The translations under genes and the position numbers were made by a program. The notes below the pieces were generated by a model. The model ran no database searches. It was given only the letters and a program-made list of their open reading frames with translations, and was not told where the DNA came from. A stretch of DNA of 58,408 nucleotides, counting the filler, from Dugesia japonica (Eukaryota), in the NCBI GenBank assembly GCA_001938525.1. It is 6 parts of 6 records of this genome, joined end to end, with 100 filler letters (N's around TTAATTAATTAA, not from the genome) between each part and the next. Parts side by side here need not be neighbours in the genome. Positions count along the whole stretch, not along the records: positions 48,759 to 58,408 come from MQRL01631023.1; 5 more parts are not named here. One strand, 5' to 3'. This document shows positions 48,715 to 58,408 of this stretch, piece by piece (the first letter of the stretch is position 1; the number at the start of each line of letters is the position of its first letter).

Positions 48715-51700
48715 NNNNNNNNNNNNNNNNNNNNNNNNNNNNNNNNNNNNNNNNNNNNTGATTGTCGATGTCAAAACTCCATTCGACACTGAACTCAGAT
48801 TTAAAGAAAATGACAATAAGAACAAAGCTAAATATGAGATCTTAAAATCCCTGTAAACACCTTCATTATTAGAGTGATTGGTTCATGGAACTCTGATAAT
48901 GAATAATTTTTTTAACAGAAATTAAATCATTAAATTAAATGAATTCCGTTAATTAAACAAAAACAAAGTAATTTCAAGGTGATTATTTAATAAAAAATTT
49001 TTGATTAATCAAATTTAAACTAATTTTTAAAAAAAAATCAACCGAATTAAAATCAATAAATTAGTTTGCATAATTTAATTTAATGGAATTTAGATTATTT
49101 TTAAATAATAAATTAATGTCATTAATTAACTTTATTTTAAGTGAATTTCTTTAACTTGTTAATCAAGAGCAATCCAAAAAAAAAATTTTAATTCAAATTT
49201 TATAATTCAAGATAAATGTTTGACATCGCATAAAAATTTAACTAATGACATTAATATAGTATATCTTATTCCAACCCTTCTTTTACAGTCATTGTTTTAA
49301 TTTTACCTCCTGAAAATTTAACAACACCTTTATCTTTATCGATCATAATACTTTTGATTAAATCGTTCAGCTTGTTTAGAAGTTTCACTTTCATTTTTCT
49401 ACAATCAGATAACTCTGAAAATATTCTGTTCACTTTATCAAATTAATCATTCAGTTACATTGTTATTATTTCTTTATTCTTTTTTTTCACTTCCAATTTT
49501 TATTTCATTTTCTGATGCACTCAACATTTCACATTCGATAATTTCATCCAAATTCATTATTTTATTTGCTCTTTCTAAATTAAATTGTTCAAGTTTTTGA
49601 ATGATTAAATCATTTTCCATTTGCTTTTTTGAGAATAAGATTTTCACCAAATTCGTTATTCTTCAATATCATATTTTTCTTCTTTTATTAATTATTCGAA
49701 ACTAATTTATTCTAAGCACTCATAAAACTTTTCAATTGTTTTCAATTCATTCGATTTTTTTTACTTTTTAGTATTGAACACATTTTTTTTTCATCATCAA
49801 GAATTTCAAATTCATCCAAATTTAATGTTTCATTAATTAGTGATTCAAATGTCATATTGAAATGTTTAATTAAATCATTTCCGTTCATTTCCGATGATAA
49901 ATATTCATTCGTGTTTATACCGAGATTTTCTAGGTATTTCAAATGATTTAGCGTTTTAATGGTTTCTAGATTTATATCGTTAAATTATCGATTTTTGATA
50001 AATTTTCTATTCTGAAATTATTTCATCCATTATTAAAATTTCATTTCTAACATCAAAAAAATCTTCATTTAATAATCCTTCAATTATCTCGTACAATTAT
50101 CAATTACCAACAATTTATACTCGATGTAAACTAACTTTTCGAATTATATTAAGTTGTTGGTATATTCTGATTCAATTGAATGAATATATTCAATGGACTC
50201 GCACAAACCGTGAAGAGCAACTCACCAAAACAATTGAGAATGAAATAATCGTCTCCGTTAGGACCGCGATTATTGATTGTTCCGATTTCAAATGAATTGG
50301 AAAGAAAAGTATCGTATTTAATAAGGTAATAGTTATTTTCTTTAACTGTTATTAACTGTTAATTTATTTCAGATTTGTCAAATTTTAAATTATAATATTC
50401 AGCAGGTGATCATTGACAACTCAGGATTGTTTATTTTTAATAAAGAGACTGTGTGTTCCTTTTTATTTTATATATCAATTAATGCGTTTTAATCTAAGTT
50501 TTAATTTATTAAAAAAAATCTTAATTTAATGAAATTTAATAATTGCTTAGTTTTAAAATAAAATTCAGGTGATAACGAACTGGAAATTTAACGATTCAGT
50601 TTATATTTTATGTAACCACAAACATTTTTAAGTAAATTCAATTAAATCGATGTTCGAATTTATATTAGTACGAATTTGTAGAGTCAATACGTCTATTTAG
50701 AAAGAAAAACGTATAACTTTTAAATACTATTATTTTCGCGTTGTCAAATTTTTTTTATTTTGCGCCGCTTTGTTTGTGCTTATTTCTCTTACAATGTTTT
50801 GTTATGGAACTTATGAAAGTATTTGTCAACAACATCTCTTATCATCCTTATCAACGTTTATTTTGGTAACCAAGTAATTCTGCTTAATATTCGAATAATT
50901 TTACAACTAAAATTTAGCATTTTTCTTTTTTTTAACATTGATTTTCATTTAATGCCGTTTTACATTAATAAATATTAAAGTTTTAAAATCCTGGTATAAA
51001 TTTATTATTTTTAATTCCAAGGTTGACATTAATATGCAAATATTAATAAAATGTGCTTAAACAATCGACATGATCTAGGATTCTCTATATCATAATAGTT
51101 TTGAAATATTACAGAGATAATTTTTAACCACAGTCATTTTGATGAAATTAATTCGTAGTGAAGTAATTTAATTATTTAGTATAATATAATGGACACATTT
51201 TGCTCAAACTTTAAGTTCCTTTTCGCTTCAGAATTGGTATCCATTTACTATTTTGTCCAACATTATATGTTTGTTTGATTATTTAAGAATCTATCTTTTT
51301 ACCGAATTGATTTTAGATTTATTTGTGGATGGATTATTAATGTGATTTTGATAGTTTTACGCGTATCCACGATGATTTTTAGAACATTTTACTCAATATC
51401 CCGACCGAGCCCCCAAAATTCTTGTTGGAGTTTTATCTAGGTGGGTTGATTTTTGTAATTAAGTATAGGGTGATCGGCCTAGTAAAACCCCGTGAAGAAT
51501 TTAATCTGGTGTCCCCAAAATTTCAGATCTTCGGAATGGAGCCGGTGACTCGGAATCCGAGGACAGATTAGCATTCCTTTGGTTTGGTTTCATACTTCGC
51601 GATACTCGCTTGCTTCTCAAGACATACTTAATCCCTATTGTCTATTAGTTCCTGGTGTCAGTGCTTTGCATTTTATGTCTATGTCTAATCAATGTTTCTC

Positions 51701-54700
51701 CATATCTATACTCGTTATGATGAGTAGGGATTGAATATATGATAGAGTAGTTAAATTGATGGCTTTAGTGGTTAACTTTAAAAGTCATGAGCGAAAGTTA
51801 AGTGCTATGTGAGCTTAATATTATCCTGAGGCCCAGATTTTCTAACAAAACAAAAAATCATCATTATACCTCCTTGTAGTTAGTTACATATTGTCAATAA
51901 ACGGTAAATTATATGAGCACGATTCGTCACTAAGTCCATTATTAAATAATCTCTCCCATTAGCGCCAAGTTTCATCAATATTTCGAGTCAATAACACTCC
52001 ATGGGAGGCACTGCTAACTAGAAAAGAGTAGTTAATCTAGTTTAAAAATCTCTGTTTTAATTTATCATGAGCAATGAACCATGTGTTAGTTAATTGTTCC
52101 TAGTATGAACGTTTTTGATTGATCATTTTACTTATTACTTGGTTGCTAAAAGGTGAGTTAATTTTAGTTCTAATAACTGGTGTTAGTTTGATAAAAGAAT
52201 TCAAATAAAATGAAATTGCATTAAATAAAAGAAATTCGGTTAGTGAAAGTTATATTATTGTTAATTCCACCAGTTGCATATTAACAAAAATTACATCAAT
52301 AAAACAAAAAACTAACATTGACTGCTTCTCGATCTGGAGCAAGCAATGTTTTATGACATTTTATGTACTACTAAAAATACGGCATTTCATACTGGAGAGC
52401 CTAATATATAAGCTAAAGTCGGCTTAGGAGTGATGTAGAAATGATACATGCATAGAGCGCTATAATTAAGGGGCGGCAAATTGACCGCAATTTGTTTTCA
52501 CGTTTTTTAAAATTATATTNNNNNNNNNNNNNNNNNNNNNNNNNNNNNNNNNNNNNNNNNNNNNNNNNNNNNNNNNNNNNNNNNNNNNNNNNNNNNNNTG
52601 GACTAAATTTAATATTAACTTGATTATAAGGTGTAATTTATATTGATAATGTGGACTAAATTTAATATGAATTTCTTTTAATGTGATTTTTTTTGAACAT
52701 TTTTCAATAAAATAAATTTAATATCTTACTTAATTGGTTTCAATCGACACTATTGCGTAAGATAGGTATAAATTTTATATTTTTAATTCAACAATCATTA
52801 CATTTTCAGTTTTTTTTAAATCAAATTTTTTGTAGAAAATGTAAAAAGTTCTTTTAATAATGGATAAGAGAAAAAAACTATCTGGTGCTGAATATCATAA
52901 GCGAAAAGTTCAAAAGAAGTTGTATTTTATTATTTAAAATCAATGCTCACAAATATTAGGTAATCATTTATTATCAAAGTTCATTTTCAACCTCAATGAA
53001 TGCTTATTTTATTAATTATTATCAAAGGTCGAATGAATAATAAATCTAACTTTGTTAATAGTTTATAAACTATTGCATTCACAAATATTCACATAATTTT
53101 TAAATGGAAATTATTTGCGAAAGTCATTTTTTTAAATTTTATTAATTTCTTTTATAATTATTTATAATCAAATCATCGTTGACGAGTGTAATGGCCATTA
53201 TTGAACATGAATAAGACGATGACCAACAAAAGTATTATTTTTCTAATTTATTATTATTTTTATAATATTATTATTATAAGACTTTTATCAACTGGCAAAC
53301 AAAATGAAAAAAATCCATTTAGAATGAAGATTATGATGACGAAGTTTACGATGCTCATGATGATGATGGATTTAGGAATAAAGTAAGAAAATATAATTTT
53401 AAATTATTATCATTATTATTAATATCAATATCATTAGTATTATCATTTATATCATTATTATTATGTTGAGATCATAAAAAGTATCAAATACATAAACATA
53501 CAGAAACAAACATACGCAAGCATCAAGCACACACATAAACACAACAAACCTTCAAGACAATTCAGAATTAATTCAGCAGAAGCAATCAATCCCAACAATT
53601 CAGTTCAACAGATGATCCAATAAATTGATTTTAGGCAAATTTTAGACTTATGCAAAACATTGAACATCGTTTATTTTGATTTTATTTTTATTTTGTAAAT
53701 TAATTTGTAAATAATGTCATTTTCAATTTTTAGTTATTACTGATTTGCGATCGATTTTCTAGACATAACTTGGAATTTATGTAGAAAATTTTCTGACATT
53801 TATAATTCAGATTGAAAATTTTTATGTCCTGACATCTTAATGAATAAAAAAAAGTGTGCTAGACAATAATTTTAATGAAAAGGTGTGCTAATAATTTACA
53901 TGTATATTTTGTTAAAAATTTTTATTTTTTTTGTAGTGGTGTACGTATAAGTGCGCTCACAAAAATCAGTATAAATACTGATTGGTTTTTCATAATTATC
54001 AGACGACTTTGATCAGTTAGCATTCAACCTCTCTGTGCGGGATCGCTAACTTGATTTAAAATTAGCTAATAGGAATTTAATTATTCTTTTACATTATATC
54101 TATTATATACCAAAAATAAAATTTTTCAAAGGTATTGATTATTTATTTATATAAGGAAGCTACACGAATATTACTATATTTATATTTTGAATAATTATAT
54201 TTGTTAAATAACACAGTACTGACATACAGCAAGGTATAAAATTAACACCCGTAAACTCAATAGATAAGTATTATTTCATTAGCATTCAATTAACGAATCA
54301 ATAAATCTCTTGTTGAGTANNNNNNNNNNNNNNNNATTATTATTATTATTGTTGGGCTGAAACAGGCCAGTTATTAAAACAAAGACGAACTAACAAAGAG
54401 AAGAGACGATGTTGTTAAGCATAAATGAAATAATAAAGGAAGAGCGGAAGAATAAGTTAGATAAATTGATTAATGAGAATTTTATACAAGAAATATTGAG
54501 AGAATTTAAATAAATAAGTCAAGAAACGGTTAAATGATCAAAGTCCTAATAATCAATGAACTCAAAGCACAGAAGCTCAAATGAAAATAAAGGCGGCTCC
54601 CGAAATAAGAGAAAAGTTTGAATTAAATATACGAATTAGATCAGGAAAGTGTAAAGGAGAAATATTCAAAGTAATGAAATCGAAAATGGAAATTGCCAGT

Positions 54701-55730
54701 GTATGTATTATTATCTATAATTAAATATCTGTTATAAAAGTAGAATTATAAAGAAAGAATTATTAAAATATAATAAATAATTATTTTACAGTAGAAGTAA
54801 AACAAGAAAATAAATAAGACAGAAGTCATCGTTGTAATTATAGTTAAATCCATAATAAAATTATTATATTATCGATAAGAAAATTATACTATTATAATAA
54901 AGTATTTAAATAGGTAAAATTTAATATTATTATGATTTAGTAANNNNNNNNNNNNNNNNNNNNNNNNNNNNNNNNNNNNNNNNNNNNNNNNNNTTATAAA
55001 AGTAGAATTATAAAGAAAGAATTATTAAAATATAATAAATAATTATTTTACAGTAGAAGTAAAACAAAAATAATTTATATTAAATGATTTCGGTAAATTA
55101 ACTAGGATGACAAGAAAATAAATAAGACAGAAGTCATTGTTGTAATTATAGTTAAATCCATAATAAAATTATTATATTATCAATAAGAAAATTATACTAT
55201 TATAATAAAGTATTTAAATAGGTAAAATTTAATATTATTATGATTTAGTAAATATTATTAATTATTAAAAAGAAAGTGATATTAAAAGACCAAATGGATA
55301 TGTAGTAATAAATAAAAAACGTTAAGTAAGAATTTGAAAGAATATTAAATTAATTCCAAGTATTTGAGTGTATATTCATACTTGTAATACAGAAGCAAAT
55401 TATTTAAAATATTATTTTTTTGTAATAAATATTATTAAAATTATTATTATCATATACATTATTATTGAAATAGAAAGTAGAATTTTAAAATAAAATTTAT
55501 ATCCAAAAGGAAATAAAAAGTTAAATAAGAATTATATATTATATTAAATTATTTATATTCCTTTCTGCCATTATTTATATTTATAGTCGAAAAACAAGGT
55601 TTTCGAAATTATTATTTTTAATAATAAATATTATTATTTTTGTAAAGCGGTTCGTGCCGATTCAGTGAACACAGATGTTGTTAAAATCGTGCATGTTACC
55701 ACCAGAAATATTATTAGAGATTAGCAGTGA

Positions 55731-55862
55731 CGGGTGAGCACCGCACATTGTGTATAATCTCTAAAAAATTGTGTCGAGTGAGCACCGCACATTATGTACA
55801 AAACTAAAAATTGTGTGTTGGGTGAGCTCCGCACATTGTGAAGAAAATCTGAGACCGATTCA
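55731..55862 (+). repeat. Three 44-bp tandem units containing G(G/A)GTGAGC(A/T)CCGCACATT
   Basis: Units start at 55731, 55775 and 55819. Confidence 0.85.
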
Positions 55863-57222
55863 GCGCCGGTGCTCATATGTATGAAGATCCCGAGACAATA
55901 TGAAAATAAAATCATGTTCAAATTTTGACATTTCTATCTAATCTGCGAATGGGCACCGCATGATTGAGCAAATATCAAAAATCTACCTACCTGAAATGTC
56001 AATATTGACAAGCAGAGAATTGATATAAAACGAAATGTAGAATTAAAAGAGAGTAGCTAGTTATAATTGTTTTGTTATAATTGTTGTTACAGATTTTTGC
56101 AATAAAACGCTTAAAACTCTTAAAAAGTGATTTTGCGTTTTATAATTGGAGAATCGTTTATTATTAGTTTATTATTAACTATTTTAAATTATGCAAACGG
56201 AATACTGGGACGATGTTCATCGTTGACTAGCTACGCTGGCAATGATGGGCACCGGTGCTCAGAGATCCGACAACACGAGACCGTTCACTCGGAGAAGTGA
56301 AATTATATTATGAATTATTAAATCATACCATTATCGATGAAATAAATTATGAAATGATTATTGATAACATGAACTATGAAATTATTATTGATTATATAAA
56401 ATGATTATTAATGAAACGATTAATTATGATATGAGTTATGAAGCGATTATTTATGATACGAATTATAAAATGATTATGAAACGACAATCATGTAATTANT
56501 TATGACTTCAACCANGGCCCAGAAGGTTGAGCGAGATTAATGGTAATAAAGATGAGATAGGATGAGAAGGGATTAAATGGTTAAAGACTTAAGACAAATA
56601 AAGATAAACCTGTTGATGGTGGTTGAACTCTTTAACTCTAGTAAATCTTAATTCTTTTGATATGATGTGGACATTCAATGTTCGATTTATTGTAATTATA
56701 TTTNNNNNNNNNNNNNNNNNNNNNNNNNNNNNNNNNNNNNNNNNNNNNNNNNNTATGATGTGGACATTCAATGTTCGATTTATTGTAATTATATTTAAAA
56801 TATTATTTTGTTTTATGAATTAAGTGTAACGTTTTGATTTAGTAGATAATAATGAATTCATATTGTTAAATTTAAAACCTCAATTTATTAGCTATGTATT
56901 TTAATTTTAGCAGCTGGTAATGATAATGAACTAAAGACAGAAAGATCATTCGTTATTGGGAGAGAAATGGATTTCCAAATGTGAAACATATTAATGTAAA
57001 GTTGTGCAAGTATATTAGACTTCCTAAAGGAGATGAAGAGTGACAATGTATATGCAGAGAGGTTAATCCAATTCTCTCTCCATTGACGAGTAATTGATAT
57101 CTGCTAGTGATGATAATTATAAAATGACAAATTATTTAGATGTTGAATATATATGATATTACTAAATTATTATTAAATGACAATACACCTAACAAAATCA
57201 ATGAACGCTACGTTATTGACAG

Positions 57223-57705
57223 ACAAAGGATGCTACTTCTCTGCAGACGCCAGTAAGAGCATGCCAATACTATGGGATTCGATAGGTAAATATGGTACCG
57301 ACACCGATCCTTGGTGGATCACACAAGACAAATTACGGCAAAAAGAGATAAAGATTAGAGCTGAGGAAACAACTGGTCAGACAGAAAGAAACACTAAGAC
57401 AGAAACTGACCACTCTGGAGGAAATGGAAATCAAAGTCGACCAACAAGAACAACGATCCCAACAACGACTCGCGGAACTCACCCAGTACCAGGATGAACG
57501 GGAGCAAGAACAAGTAAAACTGCTCATACGGACGACAGAGTTAGTTAACTATCAGCAGCGGGTCATTAAATCAATGCGAGCGACTCAATTGGAAGCCGAG
57601 GAGCACACGAAATTATGTGAACGACTCTCCGGAAAAGTAGAGACTATTTTGCAATAAGTGCTTACACCACTCGATGATGTTAACACTATCGAAACTAATG
57701 TGTAA
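57223..57705 (+). pseudogene. Coiled-coil exon of copy D (frameshift and stop)
   Basis: MPILWDSIGKYGTDTDPWW..LLIRTTELVNYQQRVIKSMRATQLEAEEHTKLCERLSGKVETILQ*VLTPLDD. Confidence 0.6.
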
Positions 57706-57883
57706 TCTCAGTTTGACTTTAATCTAATATAGTTTTATGTTTATGCTTTGTATTATGTTAATTGATGTAATTGATCCTACTAATTAAATTGAATTGCATA
57801 GTTAGTAAAATAAAATAAAATGAATATATATTAGCAATATCTTATACTAACTGTACAGAAATGACATTCATTAATATTTTCAG

Positions 57884-58200
57884 TGTCAAANTCTAGGAAA
57901 TTGACCGATACATCACTCACGGACATCAGGAAAAAGTGGTTTTCAATCCAGAGAAAGTTGCAGAACGAGATAGTAGAATTGCAGAAAAAGAACTCTCCCT
58001 TACGGGAGAAGAATACCCGGTTACATGAACGAGATCTTGCACTTTCCCAAACATTTCGGGCGATTGCGGACATCAATAAAACTAACGCAGATAGAGAGAG
58101 CATTCTCATAGCCACAGTTCGAACTTTAGCACAGGCATCGAAGCCTGAAAAAGAATTCGTGACGGATAAGACAAAGGAAATCATTGATGTGGATGAATAA
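57884..58200 (+). CDS. Second coiled-coil exon of copy D (open)
   Basis: Acceptor TTTCAG at 57883; DIRKKW..KLQNEIVELQ..RLHERDLALSQT..TVRTLAQ. Confidence 0.6.
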
Positions 58201-58408
58201 AAACTATTTCTTGCAATAAAATTTTTCTATCTAATGTGTCTCAGAGTTTTTTTTCTCGAAATGAAGTATTTAACGAATGACATTTTTTGAGATGAGAGCC
58301 AGATGAAAAAGAAATTAAACACCTAAGACGGGATCCTCGGCTTTGGTAAATTAGGGTTGATTTTGTTTGAATTTTCAAGTTTTTTAAATTATTTTAAACT
58401 TTTTTGGT

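Larger units (their letters stand above)
54350..58335 (+). mobile_element. Copy D of the TG...CA element family (3' end not seen in window)
   Basis: Starts TGTTGGGCTGAAACAG (identical 16-mer to 18954); colinear homology with copy B from the promoter module through AAGACGGGAT (~58325 vs ~23566). Confidence 0.78.

Noticed and set aside
49260-50100. Minus-strand K/E/N-rich coding-like stretch
   Set aside because: Multiple stops and frameshifts and no identifiable motif; cannot support a call
53170-53625. Acidic exon-like pieces (EDYDDEVYDAHDDD) with GT/AG boundaries
   Set aside because: Frame broken and no identifiable product
54733-55250. Near-identical direct duplications flanking gaps (also 46517-46720, 56661-56795)
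   Set aside because: Typical unmerged contig overlaps or haplotype artefacts at gap edges
55731-55862. CRISPR-like repeat-spacer look of the GTGAGCACCGCACATT units
   Set aside because: The 'spacers' are similar to each other (44-bp tandem duplication), the context is eukaryotic, and no cas genes are present

Overview
Very AT-rich eukaryotic (invertebrate-like) draft-assembly DNA with short GT-AG introns. It is not one locus. Five N-flanked TTAATTAATTAA linkers (8930, 17521, 29182, 38189, 48703) join six unrelated scaffolds, so adjacency across them is meaningless. Most of the content is decayed mobile DNA: at least six mariner copies (one full-length with TIRs), two Polinton/Maverick remnants, Ty3/Gypsy gag-pol and integrase fragments, MULE and hAT fragments, and MITEs. 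Host-type sequence is limited to an SLC35A-like nucleotide-sugar transporter exon, a TFIIH p62 (GTF2H1) fragment and an RGG-rich tail. Three observations stand out. (1) A multi-copy family of 2.5-4.7 kb elements bounded by TGTT(G/T)GG...CCCAACA, two with perfect 4-bp target-site duplications and none with a recognisable transposase or RT. Three copies carry an iterated GTGAGCACCG promoter-like module and a conserved, apparently spliced coiled-coil gene. (2) A well-formed type III hammerhead ribozyme with complementary loops. (3) A TFIIH p62 PH-domain fragment inserted in frame inside a mariner transposase. All homology calls are from motif recognition by eye; no searches were run.
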